Assembly: GCF_030684315.1 (NCBI RefSeq)
Contig: NC_081371.1
Span: forward strand, 41,670,390-41,734,389
Reading direction: 5' to 3'
DNA length: 64,000 bases
Origin: Stegostoma tigrinum
Taxonomy: Eukaryota
In this document: piece after piece, positions 50,821 to 62,910 of the stretch
Layout of the letters: each line of letters starts with the position of its first letter
How positions within the stretch are numbered: position 1 is the first letter of the stretch
Translations under genes and position numbers: made by a program
The notes under the pieces: generated by a model
What the model was told of the DNA's origin: nothing
Databases searched by the model: none
Seen by the model: only the letters and a program-made list of their open reading frames with translations

Positions 50821-51595
50821 AAGAAGCATCTAAACTACCTCACTGCGCCAGCCTCATCCCATTGCTTTCTATCTTCCTCTGGTTCAATTAGTTATCCAAT
50901 TTTCACTTACAAGAAGAATATGTGTCTGTGTCCACCATTTTCCATCTCTTTGCCCATGCTGCTACAGTTTTCAAAAAAATTGGTCCCATGTACTCTCCCA
51001 CTCTCTTAATTTTCATCCAATTGCAGGCTTCCACAAAAGACAAATAGATGATGACTCCCTAATTTGTTCTTGGAGAATCCTCCTCTTCTTCAGCCACTGC
51101 AGTCAGCTTTAGAGGCAAATGTCCCTTCTGAAATCCAACAGGCTGGATGTTGTAAGAGTGAGAGACCCAGGGAGTCTGTGTATCTATCTCTCCTCTCAGT
51201 CCTGTAGTTGCTTGAGCCTCAAAGATTCCTACACAGCCAGTCTTACATACTTCCTTTGACAGCTCCTGTATACGATCCCACTCTGGTTGGGAAACCTGGA
51301 AGCAGGATGCTAATGCCATAACTCAGTTAGAAAGCCTCGGCAAAGCCAGCTCCTTCATTGGTTACATACACACTGCGGAGCCCATCATTTAGCAGATTGT
51401 AAGTTATGAAATTTCTGCTGGCATATTGGGCTATGAGTGTCAATCACTGACAATGCATGCTTAGGTAGTTAATTACCACTAATTCTCCTTACTATACTGA
51501 GTGTAAGAGCCCATCTAATTGATAATGGTGGAGATAGATGTGTAGAAAGTCTAATAAGAAGAACCACAACATAGGCGCAGCAAGGCCGCATAATG

Positions 51596-51810
51596 ATTAG
51601 CACTGTTGCATTGTGTTTAGGACTATCATACTGCTGGGCACTCAAGTTTGATTCCAGCCTTGGACTGCTGTGTGTGTGGAGTTTGCACGTTATCCACAAG
51701 AGTTTCCTCCAGGTGCTCTGGTTTGTACCCATAGTCCAAAGAGGTGCAGGTTGGTGGTTTGGACATGCTAAATTGCCCTGTAATGTTCAGGGGTGTGCAG
51801 GCTAGGCAGA
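51596..51810 (+). mobile_element. HE1-type SINE, decayed and 3'-truncated
   Basis: gtttgattccagccttgg...gtggagtttgcacgtt...gtccaaag...gctaaattgccc. Confidence 0.75.
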
Positions 51811-51979
51811 TTTTTGGCAGGAAAATTTATGAAGACTGCAGGCACAGAGATTTATTCAAAACATTGTGCAAAGGGATGTGCATTGTGCTTCAAACCATGA
51901 GAGATGAAGAGATGAAGAAATGTAGAACAAAAGTTTAAAATCTTATATAAACGAAAATACTGCAGCTTTGCTATAATAG

Positions 51980-53775
51980 AACAAAGAGCATAGAACATTA
52001 CAGCGCAGTACAGGCCCTTCAGCCCTCAATGTTGCTCCAACCTGTGAAACCAATCTGAAGCCCATCTAGCCTACACTATTCCATTAGCATCCAGATGTTT
52101 ATCCAATGATCATTTAAATGCCCTTACAGTTGGTGAGTCTACTACTGTTGCAGGCAAGGCATTCCACGTCCTCACTACTCTCTGAGTAAAGAACCTACCT
52201 CTGACATCTGTCCTATATCTATCACCCCTCAATTTAAAGCTATGTCCCCTCATACTAGCCATTGCCATCCAAGGAAAAAGTCTCTCACTGTCCACCCTGT
52301 CTAATCCTCTGATCATCTTGTATGTCTCTATCAAGTCGTCTCTTAACCTTCTTCTCTCTAACGAAAACAGCCTCAAGTCCCTCAGCCTTTCCTCACAAGA
52401 CCTTCCCTCCATACCAGGCAACATCCTGGTAAATCTCCTCTGCACCCTTTTCAATACTTCCACATCCTTCTTATAATACGGTGACCAGAACTGTACGCAA
52501 TACACCAAGTGTGGCTGCACCAGAGTTCTGTACAGCTGCAACATGACCTCATGGCTCCGTAACTCAATCCCTCTACCAATAAAACCTAACACACTGTAAG
52601 CCTTCTTAATAACCCTATCATCCTGGGTGGCAACTTTCAGAGATCTATGCACATGGACACTGAGATCTCTCTGCTCATCCACACTACGAAGAATCTTACC
52701 ATTAGCCCAGTACTCTGCATTCCTGTTACTCCTTCCAAAGTGAATCACCTCACACTTTTCCGTATTAAATTCCATTTGCCACCTCTCACCGCAGCTCTGC
52801 AGCTTATCTATGTCCTTTAATAACCTGCAACATCCTTCCGCACTATCCACAACTCTATTGGCTTCACTGTCATCCGCAAATTTACTAACACATCCTTCAA
52901 TGCCCTCATCCAGGACATTTATAAAAATGACAAACATCAGTGGCCCAAAACAGATCCTTGCAGTACACCACTAGTAACTGAGCTCCAGGATGAACATTTC
53001 CCATCAACCACCACCCTCTGTCTTCTTACAGCTAGCCGATTTCTGATCCAAACCGCTAAATCACCCTCAATCCCGTGCCTCTGTATTTTATGCAATAGCC
53101 TATCATGGGGAACCTTATCAAATGCTTTACTAAAATCCATTTACACCACATCAACCGGTTTACCCTCATCCACCTGTTTGGTCACCTTCTCAAAGAACTC
53201 AATAAGGTTTCTGAGGCACGACCTACCCTTCACAAAACCATGTTGACTGTCCCTAATCAAATTATTCCTTTCTAGATGATTATAAATCCTATCTCTTATA
53301 ATCCTTTCCAACACTTTATGCACACCCAATGTAAGGCTCACTGCTCTATGGTTACCGGAGTTGTCTCTATTCCTCTTCTTGAACAAGGGGACAACATTTA
53401 CTATCCTCCAGACTTCCGGCGCTATTCTTGTAGACAATGACGACATAAAGATCAAAGCCAAAGGCTCTGCAATCTCAACCCTAGCTTCCCAGAGAATCCC
53501 AGGACAAATCCCATCAGGCCCAGGGGATTTACCTATTTTCACACTTCCCAGAATTGCTAACACCTGCTCCTTATGAACTTCAATCCCGTCTGGTCTAATA
53601 GCCTGTATCTCAGTATTCTCCTCGACAGCATTGTCTTTTTCCTTTGTGAATACTGATGAAAAATATTCATTTAGCACATCTCCTATCTCTTTGGACTCCA
53701 CGCACAACTTCCCACTAGTGCCCTTGACTGGCTCTAACCTTACTCTCGTCATTCTTTTATTCCTGACATACCTAT
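51980..53775 (-). mobile_element. 5'-truncated CR1 (HER1-type) LINE
   Basis: ORFs 53141-53827, 52937-53140 and 52110-52937 (KSPGPDG, DFSKAFDKVPH, SKFADD). Tail at the left end. Confidence 0.95.
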
Positions 53776-53793
53776 AGATTTCAATACAGGGTT

Positions 53794-53921
53794 TAGTGTC
53801 CTGCCACTGAACTTGAAACCTTGACATTACTTTCTATCCACAGATGCTGTCGGACCAATTGAGTTTCCCCAGCAGTTTCAGTTCTTGTTTCAGATTTCCA
53901 ACATCCATGCTTCTTTGTTTC
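53794..53921 (+). mobile_element. Short pLTR family B insertion (decayed)
   Basis: cactgaacttgaaaccttgac...ccacagatgctg...tcagatttccaacatcc. Flanked by agatttcaatacagggtt / agattgtaaacagggtt. Confidence 0.6.
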
Positions 53922-54289
53922 AGATTGTAAACAGGGTTGGAATGCTTCAGACAAAAATAACTTTAAATTAATAAGAGGAAATAAACACGATGAAATGAGA
54001 TGGAATGCAAAATAATTCTTCCAAAAAATTGAAGTCCAAAATGGGCCAATCAGACATAGAATTGCTTCAAAATGCAGCACTATATCTGAAACTGAACAGA
54101 TTGATATACTGCCGTATTCAGCAGGCCAAATAGAATACAGTAAGAAACAGCATCAGTATGATGGAATGACAAATTCTGACAGACACACGAAATGCCCAGG
54201 AGTAACAAAAGAATGCTCCATCTCTAAAGCTGTAGGCCACTTTGCATAAGCTGGGCAGAGGCTGGATACAGGTTCATAGCAGCAAAGGA

Positions 54290-54948
54290 AACAAATAGAC
54301 AATAGGTGCAGGAGTAGGCCATTTGGCCCTTCAAGCCAGCACCACCATTCATTATGATCATGGCTGATCATCCACAATCAGTATCCTGTTCCTGCCTTAT
54401 CCCCATAACCCTTGATTCCACTATCTTTAAGAGCTCTATCCATCTCTTTCTTGAAAGTATCCAGAGAGTTGGCCTCCACTGCCTTCTGGGGCAGAGCATT
54501 CCATATATCCACCACTCTCTGGGTGAAAAAGTCTTTCCTCACTCAGTTGTAAATGGCCCACCCCTTATTCTTAAACTGTGTCCTTTGGTTCTGGACTCAC
54601 CCATCAGCAGAAACATGCTTCCTGCCTCCAGGGTGTCCAATCCCTTAATAATCTTATACATCTCAATCAGATCCATCTCATCCTTCACAACTCAAGTGTA
54701 TACAAGCCCAGTCGCTCCAATCTTTCAACATATGATAGTCCTACCATTCTGGGAATTGACCTCGTGAACCTACGCTGCACTCCCTCAATAGCCAGAATGT
54801 CCTTCCACAAATTTGGAGACCAAAACTGCACACAATACTCCAGGTGCAGTCTCACCAGGGCCCTGTACAGCTTCAGTAGGACCTCTTTGCTCCTATACTC
54901 AATTCCTCTTGTTATGAAGGCCAGCATGCTATTAGCTTTCTTCACTGC
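54290..54948 (-). mobile_element. CR1 LINE 3' fragment (second CR1 family)
   Basis: ORF 54685-54945 has LHLEYCVQFWSPNLWKDILAIEGVQRRFTR. Distinct 3'UTR ending cctactcctgcacctattgtct on the minus strand. Confidence 0.9.
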
Positions 54949-55076
54949 TCATATAAAGAGGTTAAGACAGTTAGATCTCCCCCTCTATAAAAGATACCTG
55001 AGGCATTCTGAAGAAATTCAAACGAACCAATTCTGATAGAACTTATTCATTAAGTATTTATTAAGATAACTTAAAT

Positions 55077-55418
55077 GGGCTGCATGGTGGCACAGTGGTT
55101 AACACTTCTGCCTTAGAGTGACTGGGACCCAGATTCCATTCCAGCCTTGGGCAACTGACTGTGTGGAGCTTGCACGTTTTCACATGTGTGCATGGGTACC
55201 TTCTGGGTGCTCTGGTTTCCCCCCATAGTCCAAAGATGTGTAAGTCAGATGGATTGGCCATGTTACATTTCCCTGTAGTGTTTAGTGATGTCCAGGCTAG
55301 GTTGGTTAACCTGGTAAATGTAGGGTTATAGGGTAGGAGTGATACTCTTCAGAGGGTCAGTGTGAATTCAATGGGCCAGATGGTCTCTCTCTGCACAATA
55401 GGGATTCTATGATTCTAT
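55077..55418 (+). mobile_element. HE1-type SINE
   Basis: A box tggcacagtgg, V-domain and gattctatgattcta tail. Confidence 0.85.
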
Positions 55419-55776
55419 AAATGTTAATTTTGATACAGGAACAAGAATCACTCTCTTATCAGATCAGATGTCATGATTGAAGAAACACAAGTTACAGCCT
55501 ACATAGATGAAACTATGTGATCTCAGGTGGAACAGCTCCCTGTTTTATGCTCCAAGTAACGTACAACACAAACACAGCATGAAATTTGAAAATGCCTATG
55601 TGGTTCAAAATCATCACTCTTCAGTTTTTGAGCCTGCACTCAAATCATGATCCAAATATCCATAAGAAATCAAAAGGAGTTCAACTAATTTCAAGACAGT
55701 AACTTGTCCAAGAACATTTTTGAACAACAGGCCAAGGGGGAACCAAGAGACACAAGCAGGTTTCAGCAGAAGGAAA

Positions 55777-56113
55777 GGGCGGCATCGTGGCCCAGTGGTT
55801 AGCTCTGCTGCCTCACAGCACCAGGGACCCAGGTTCGATTCCGACCTTGGGCGACTGTCTGCATGGAGTTTGCATATTCTCCCCATGTCTGTGTAGGTTT
55901 TCCTCCAGGGGCTCTGGTTTCCTCCCACAGTACAAAGATCTGCAGGTTAGGTAGATTGGCTGAGCAAAATTGCTTATAGCATTCAGGGATGTGTAGATTA
56001 GGTGGGTTATAGGGGTATGAGTCTGGGTGGGATGTTCTGAGTGTTAGTGTGGGCTCATTGGGCTGAAGGGCCTATTTCTACACTGTAGGGATTCTATGAC
56101 TATGATTCTATGA
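55777..56113 (+). mobile_element. HE1-type SINE
   Basis: A box tggcccagtgg, B box ggttcgattcc, tail gattctatgactatgattctatga. Very similar to 10581-10904. Confidence 0.9.
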
Positions 56114-56863
56114 TGTAAGTGTAAACAAGAATGTACTATCAGTGTTGTAGGATGACTAGACCAAATCTCCACTGAGAATTATAGACAACTTCCTAGCTTA
56201 TGACCAAAGATTAGTGCTTCTAGTATTCCTCCGTGAGCATGCATTGCAAAAGGGACACTTTAGTCCCTGGCTATGTACTTGGTGATGCCAATCAGTACTG
56301 TGGCAGCCAGAGGGTCTCAAAAACAGGTTGGTAATTGCATAATCCATTGTAATTATGCTGAAAAACACTCCAATTGTCACTGAAGACAAATCAGAAGACA
56401 AAAACTAAATAAAGTTTAGCATAAAAGCAAATACTGAAAAAAGAAGAATCCGTGCAACTCTCTGGAGCTTACTGAAGAATCCTTAATACGATCTGTTCAG
56501 ACAGCAAGACAGCCTGGTGAACCGTTTGGTACAGCAAATTTGACTTTGATACTCGGCAATGAGCTAACACAATCTCAGGGGCAATATTTCAGTGTATTGT
56601 TTTTCAAAGCAGAATTGTCAGCACCAGTGAAAGAGATAGCGGTAAGCAAGAAACAATCCTCCAGAACCAGGTTTGAAGATGTGAAAATGTCCGTGATGAT
56701 ATCCACAAAGTGTGATGTTGATGTCCAATCAAACCGACAATTTGAAGTAGACAGCCTTTCGGCCAGAGAAATCATTCAAGATTTCAAAGTCAATAGTCTC
56801 AAGCCAAAGACCTGCCAATATTTCAAGTCAGAAGGGAACACATTCTGTAAGAAGTATAAAGGA

Positions 56864-57082
56864 TATGGTATAAAGCTCTCATTTTCCATCTTACTGAGCG
56901 CTGTCTTCTTGTAACGTAACATGCTGAGCAAAGCATGATATAGTACATCAGAAATAATTAGCTTGAGTTCAAACATGCAAGTGCCTGTGATTTTATTGTT
57001 CATATGTACATACCAGCAGCTAGACTAAAAGTTGATTGAACTCTTCAAATAAATCAGACCCACAACTTATATTTAGATTATA
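56864..57082 (+). repeat. 5' LTR (recognisable part)
   Basis: atggtataaagctc...atcttactgagcgctgtc...catgctgag...attagcttgag aligns to 61540-61640. Contains TATAAA. Confidence 0.7.
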
Positions 57083-57638
57083 GGAGCTAACATAAGGATC
57101 ACAGCTTGATAGCTGATGATCTCAAACTATCACTGCTCCTGGAATGCTGACAGTGCTGAATTAAGCACCAGTTACCACTTATTGATGAATCCTCACTGCT
57201 GATCAGACAACCCTGATTACAAAATATTTGGACAAGCAACGACTAGATATTTGTGAGCACAGAACTCTAACAGGAGACTTACCACGTTCGGGAGCTACAA
57301 AGCTAGAAGCCTTTTCCCTCTTTTGCAAAAGTACAAAACAGTTTCAGCTTGACATTCTCACAAAGGCTAAGGTATAGAAATTAAAAGACTTCTTGTAAGT
57401 TAAACAATGAGGTTTGCAGCTAAAAAGGCTTCATATAGGCTTATAATTAACGTTAACAGTCAAAGGCTACAGCCTGTCTAATTATACAGCCCTCCTGTAC
57501 AAAGAATACCAGGGTTTTAAGGGATAAATGGTAAATGACTAGGCCAGACACGTTTACCTGTATGCAGTACTTGGGTGATGATGTCATTTTGTTTCCTTCA
57601 ACTTCAATGAAACTTTCCTTCAATGAAAGTTAATGTGA

Positions 57639-57867
57639 GATAACAAGGTGTAGAGCTGGATGAACACAGCAGGCCAGGCAGCATCAGAGGAGCAGGAAAG
57701 CTGACGTTTTGGGTCTGGACCCTCCTTCAGAAAAAAATTCAGAAAAGGATCCAGACCTGAAACAGCAGCTTTCTTGCTCCTCTGATGCTGCCTGGCCTGC
57801 TGTGTTCATCCAGCTCTACACCTTGTTATCTCAGATTCTCCAGCATTGGCAGTGCCTACTACCCCCT
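57639..57867. mobile_element. Fold-back pLTR-only Penelope insertion (family A variant)
   Basis: Near-perfect inverted arms 57636-57720 / ~57750-57833. TSD tgaaagttaatgtga (57624-57638) / tgagagttaatgtga (57868-57882). Confidence 0.9.
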
Positions 57868-58239
57868 TGAGAGTTAATGTGATGTCATCAGGCCTTATTT
57901 GGTGAAAGGTCTCTCCTGGCTGAAAGCTTCTACCAAAAGCCTTTATTTCTTAAAGGCACAGACACACAAACTCTGTAAAACTACTTTAAGCAATTACAAC
58001 TATGCAAAATACAGTAGAAACAAAAGAAGAAATAACAAGGGCAAGCAGTGAACCAAGTGAAAGAAAGAACAATTAAACTCTGCACCCTACTTTCAGAAAT
58101 CAAAAAGCCACAGACTTACAACAGCAAATTGAGGGCTAGCATTAGATTAAGGATTGAGCAGAAGGTGACATTTTCAGTCAGCTGCAGCTATTTTGTAAAA
58201 CAAAGTAGGTTACTTTGCATATAAGCTATTAATGGCGCC

Positions 58240-58610
58240 AAGATGAGAATTCTTAAAACCTTACATGTTATTGGAAGGAAGCATTTCAAAGAACAAACAT
58301 ATCCAGTTTTTCTGAGAGCAATACAGAGGTCTGGAGAGTAACTGAGGACCAGCTCAAGGTTACAAATCAAATTCCAAACTAACAATCTCCAACACAGATT
58401 CTACAGACTGAAATCTCAAGAGTCTAATGACAATTTTGTTGCTAGGTGCTGCAGCAAAGTGCAAAAGTGTGATTTTTCTGAAGAAAGACTTGAGGATAGA
58501 AGACTTGAGTTGACAATTTCCTGTAATCCATTCAAAATCTTCCAGAAAATCATCTTTCCAAGGAAATGTATACCTTTCATTGATGCTTTGCTGCATGAAG
58601 TCATAGTGGT
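58240..58610 (+). pseudogene. Gypsy gag remnant
   Basis: From 58360: LQIKFQ...YRLKSQESNDNFVARCCSKVQKCDFSEERLEDRRLELTIS...FQK. Not in the ORF track because there is no start codon. Confidence 0.6.
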
Positions 58611-58745
58611 CAACCAAAGTATTGCAGAATAATGGTGGATAACTGTTAGGTTATCCACTTTGTTGGAAAAAATAGGAAGGCAGATTATTACCTGTATGAC
58701 TGTAAATTGAGAGAGGGGGGAATGTTCCACAAGACCTAGGCATCC

Positions 58746-59090
58746 ACAGAATCCCTACAATGTAGAAGCAGGCTGTTCAGGCCAAAAAGTCCGTACTGAC
58801 TCTCCAAAGAGCATCTCAGCCAGACTCATGCACCGCACTCCCCACCCTATTCCTGTGATCCTGCATTTTCCATGGCAAAGCCACCTAATCTTCACATCCC
58901 TGTACACTAATGGGGCAATTTTGTATGGCCAGTCTACCTAACCTGCACATCTTTGGACCGTGGGAGCAAACCAGGACGCCTTGAGGAAACCCACACAAGC
59001 ACAGGGAGAAAACACAGACAGCCACCCTAGGGTGGAACTGAACTTGGGTTTTGGGCACTGTGAGGAAGTAGTGCTAACCATTTAGTGCTA
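58746..59090 (-). mobile_element. HE1-type SINE
   Basis: cacagaatccctac tail at left, acctaacctgcacatctttggac, gtgctaacca head at right. Confidence 0.8.
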
Positions 59091-59344
59091 ACTACCCCTC
59101 GTACATCAGTTGCTGAAAGTAAGTGTGTGGGTGCAGCAGGCAGTAAAGAAGACAAACTTTAGCCTGCAAAGGAAGAGGATTCATGTGCAGGAGCAAGGAT
59201 GTCCTGCTGAAGTTATACAGGGCCTTGGAGAGACTAAACCTGGAATAGTGTGTCCAGATTTGGCCTCCTTATTGAAGGAAGGATTTTATTTCTTTTGAGG
59301 TGTGCAGCAAAGATTTTACTAAGGTTTGCTGTATGAGGAGAGAT

Positions 59345-59635
59345 TTTTTTATTATTGTTCATGAACAGGATGAAGGCGTCACTGGCAACACAGCCTTTAT
59401 TGCTCATTCCTTATTGCCCAGAGGGCAGTTCAGAGTCAACCACTTTGCTGTGGGCCTGGAGTCACATGTAGGCCAGACCAGATAAGTATGGCAGTTTCCT
59501 TCCTGAAAGGGCATTCGTGAACCAGATGTTTTTTTCCAATAGATTCTTGGTCATCATTAGATCCTTAATTCTAGACACTTTATTGAATTCAAATTCCACC
59601 ATCTGCCATGGTGGGATTCGAATCCAGTCCCTAGA
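59345..59635 (-). mobile_element. tRNA-derived SINE (same family as 2420-2872)
   Basis: Minus-strand B box ggattcgaatcc. Shares gctgtgggcctggag...ccagacc with 2630-2670. Confidence 0.7.
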
Positions 59636-59650
59636 GTTAACAATGCAGGT

Positions 59651-59741
59651 CCTTCCAATGAAGGATCACCAGAACCAAAACATTACCTGTTTTTTTCTTC
59701 ACAGACCTGCTGAACTTTACAGCAACTTTGCTTTTGTTCCA
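59651..59741 (+). mobile_element. Short pLTR family B insertion
   Basis: ttccaatgaaggatcaccagaaccaaaacatta...cacagacctgctgaactttacagcaactttgcttttgttcc. Confidence 0.6.
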
Positions 59742-60289
59742 GTACCAGGGGTCATAGTTTGAGGATAAGAGGAGGAGAAATTTCTTCACCCAGAGAATAG
59801 AGGGCCTGTGGAATTCATGACCACAGAAACGGGTGAAGGCCAAAATATTGTGCTTTCAACAGTGTACGGATATAGCAATTGTGGCTAAAGGGTTTAAGGG
59901 ATCCTGGGGTTAGGGGATGAAACTCAATGATCATATTGGATGATGGACCAAGCTTAAGGCGTCAAATGGTCTCTACACTGGTCCTTAGCTTCTGTATTTT
60001 ACTATTTCAATGACCAACATCAATTGCATGATTTCAGTGTGGATAATGCTATTGCTATGATCAGCAAGCTAGCAAGATCTGTCATAGACATAATGTATAC
60101 ATATCTGCAAAACATATGACACCAAAGAACACCAGGCAAGCATGTTTCAAAAGCCAACCAGACGACGGAACAAGACCAAAGTCACACACCTCACGATGCT
60201 GGCAGCATGGAAGCTCATCCAAATGTACACAAACCAATCAATGAAATGAACAGCCAACAAACCGAAAACAGACGTTTGGAACATGACCA

Positions 60290-60660
60290 AGCCTTTCATA
60301 TTGTCAACATCATAAAGAATGTTGAAACTACTGTAAACTTTTCTAACTGTCAACATTACATGTCCCCAAAAAGCAAGTCAACACACCCTGAAAGCTGAGA
60401 CTGACAGGAGCTAGCGCCAACATGCCAGCACCGCACATCCAAAAGAACATGTAGCCCAACAAGTGACACTCAATGGTACAACCAACAAAAGGTCATCTCA
60501 TAGCATCTGACACGGCATCTTCAATTCCATGGAGCGACACTATCTGACTGTGGTGCTAATGTGCAAGCTCACTGTACATTCCTGAAATCTTCTACCAAAG
60601 GTCCAGCAGCGCAGGACTAGCAGTGTGCATGAATCTTCACATCATAAGTGTTTATGAGAT
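60290..60660 (+). pseudogene. Gypsy aspartic protease remnant
   Basis: CPQKASQHTLKAETD / GASANM, a D(T)GA active-site motif broken by a frameshift. Confidence 0.6.
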
Positions 60661-60850
60661 TCAAAACACAGTTGCAATGTTGAGAATGAAAGAATCACAG
60701 AGCTTTCCTCTTTAAAGAGAATAGAGAATGAAACAGATAAATACCAGTGAGTAAGTAAAACTTTCACAACTATACATCAGACAGAGGGTGTGATTTAGAA
60801 ATCCCATCTCAAATACCTAGATGTGAGCAAGGGTTTTGAAGATAATAGGA

Positions 60851-61079
60851 TCAAAATTCTGCGCATGCTGGAAATCTTAAACAAATGCAGAAAATGCTAG
60901 AGAAACTCAGCAGGTAGGCAGCATCCGTGGAGAGAGAACCAGCGTTAACTTTTCAAGTCCAATACAAACAGTTTTAAAGGAGAACCATGTTGGACTCAAA
61001 AGATTAATTCTGGTTCTGTCTCCACAGATGCTGCCCTACGTGTTGTGTTTCACCAGCATTTTCTATATTTGTTTAAGAT
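60851..61079. mobile_element. Fold-back pLTR-only insertion, family B (older)
   Basis: 60874-60962 is a diverged reverse complement of 60990-61079. No TSD recognised. Confidence 0.75.
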
Positions 61080-61455
61080 ATGCAACAAACCCAAGTCATA
61101 CAAAGTCATTACTGGTCATGGTGCTGTACTGCAAAGGAACTAAAGCTGGTTCTGACCAATCATGTACTCAAAGAGTGAGGAAAGAAACCCTGACAACGCG
61201 CATTGTGTGGTGATACTGAGAGACATCAAGCACTGACAAGACAAGCAAACTGTCAGTCAAGAGTAACAAAGAGTACACTGGATCTGGGCAAGTTGTCAAG
61301 CCTCCAGTGCATTATTTCAAAGGTTGATCTATGAACATTTTTAGCTCTATTTCTGCCTGCAGATGTGTGTAGCTGTTGGATTGACAACATGATTCTACAT
61401 GCAATGATATATATTTGTTTGGGATTTCTTTCATTTTGAAAAAAAATAGGGATGA

Positions 61456-61755
61456 TGTACTCTGTCTTACAGCAGATAAATGATACATCTAAAAGGTTCA
61501 TGCTCATGATATCATCACCACATCATGGCACATGGCCTAATGGTACAAAGCTCGGCCTTTATCTTACTGAGCTCTGTCCTCCTGCAGCATTCCATGCTGA
61601 GGGAAGCACGTTACAGTACACCCAAATTGATTAGCTTGAGGCCAGACGCACACATACCTCTGATTGCACCATGAATATGTAGATACAAGGTGCTGTAATA
61701 AAATTTGATTGAATTCCTCAGTATTATATGACTCATGTCTCATTTTTATGTTACG
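61456..61755 (+). repeat. 3' LTR
   Basis: Starts TGT right after the purine tract gaaaaaaaatagggatga. AATAAA near 61697. Ends tgttacg. Similar to 56864-57082. Confidence 0.7.
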
Positions 61756-62194
61756 GCTAGCTGATTTAAGAGACAACTTTCAAGGAGTTAGCAATCACCT
61801 GAAGCACTGAAAGCATTCTCTCAGGAGTTGCTGTGAGCAGCAAGCTTTTGTGGACCTGGTTGCAGCAGTTCAGTGTCACTAATCAAAGGGTTCTCAGGCT
61901 GTCAGGATAACTGAAGAAGCACTCACTAAAATGGCATTAAAATATCTGAATACTTTAATGGCCTACAAAGCAGTTGCTAACTGCTTTCAAACCTGCCTGA
62001 ACGAATCCAAAAAGAGACAATGTTGGGATGCTGATTGTACTTCACTTTTGAGGAACTAAACCTATTATTTCTTTGTGCAGCATTTTTCACAAATCTCAAT
62101 ACCTTTCATTACCTCAAACTGCCCGGAAGAACTTTACAGCCAGTTATGTAGTTTAGAAGCGTACACCTTGCATATTTCAGAGAAGGATATTTCA

Positions 62195-62280
62195 GACATT
62201 GGCTAAGAGATAACTATTGCCCAGGGTACCATGAAGAACTCTCCTGCTGATTTCAAAATAATGACATGGAATCACTAGGA
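62195..62280 (-). mobile_element. Deu-domain SINE fragment
   Basis: Reverse complement ttccatgtcattattttgaaatcagcaggagagttct...cctgggcaatagttatctc resembles 35740-35810. Confidence 0.5.
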
Positions 62281-62479
62281 CTCAGCATGCAACAATGTAC
62301 TATACTTACCTGTAAGAATGTAGTTTTTGCAGCTGAAGCATTGCAAAACAGGATTTGGAGAATCCTTGTTTGGCATTGGATGAGAATGCAGGAAGTCATT
62401 ACTTGTAGCTGGGGGAAAGACTAAGGAATTCTGATATTCTGGTTTTGTTCTGATTTTGAATCTGTGCAGAATCCTTTAA

Positions 62480-62910
62480 AAACAAACCTCATGCTGTCAC
62501 AATGATCAATCCTTGGTTTTATAAAGACAAAGGCTAAAACATGCAGGAATATTGACAATCTTAAGGAAGTTTGTTTGAGTGTGCACAGAGAAATTGTTTC
62601 CACTAAAGACTGGTAACCAGAGGAAAATAGTTTCAGATGATTGGAAAAATAATGAGAGGCGAGATGAGGAGATTATGGTCCTTTATTACACAGTGAGATG
62701 CTGTGATTGGGGATTCCTGTGTCTAAAAAGATTGTGAATCAGATTCAATGATAACTTGAAAAAAATCTGTAATTCAATGAATGCTCAAGCAGGAAAGTAA
62801 TGCCAGACTGTGGCGAAAGAGCAGGGGAGTAGAACTAATTGGATAGCTATTTCACATGCACAATGGGCCAATGGAAACCTCCTCCTGTGCTGTATGACTC
62901 TGTGATTCTA
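62480..62910 (+). mobile_element. Old CR1 3' fragment
   Basis: ccagaggaaaatagtttcag...gcaggggagtagaactaattggatagct...cctcctgtgctgtatgactctgtgattcta tail. Confidence 0.6.

Larger units (their letters stand above)
58620..59995 (+). mobile_element. CR1 LINE 3' fragment inserted in the Gypsy element, itself interrupted three times
   Basis: An IHF..KNRKADYYL-like segment at 58640-58740 resumes at 59097 (gtgcagcaggcagtaaagaag) and at 59742 (accaggggtcatagttt...ttcttcacccagag). Confidence 0.75.
56864..61755 (+). mobile_element. Ancient internally deleted Gypsy/Ty3-like LTR retrotransposon with nested insertions
   Basis: Paired diverged LTRs (56864-57082 and 61456-61755), gag-like segment 58360-58570, protease-like segment 60361-60430, integrase C-terminal TGSGQVVKPPVHY at 61277-61315, purine tract 61438-61455. 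Confidence 0.7.

Noticed and set aside
51059-51319. 86-aa minus-strand ORF with acidic end
   Set aside because: No motif or splice context recognised. Length is compatible with chance or a decayed repeat.
56438-56914. Stop-free plus-strand frame of ~158 codons (ORF 56540-56914) as a host exon
   Set aside because: No recognisable domain, no ATG start and no good splice acceptor, and its 3' end runs into the Gypsy 5' LTR. Not supportable without expression data.
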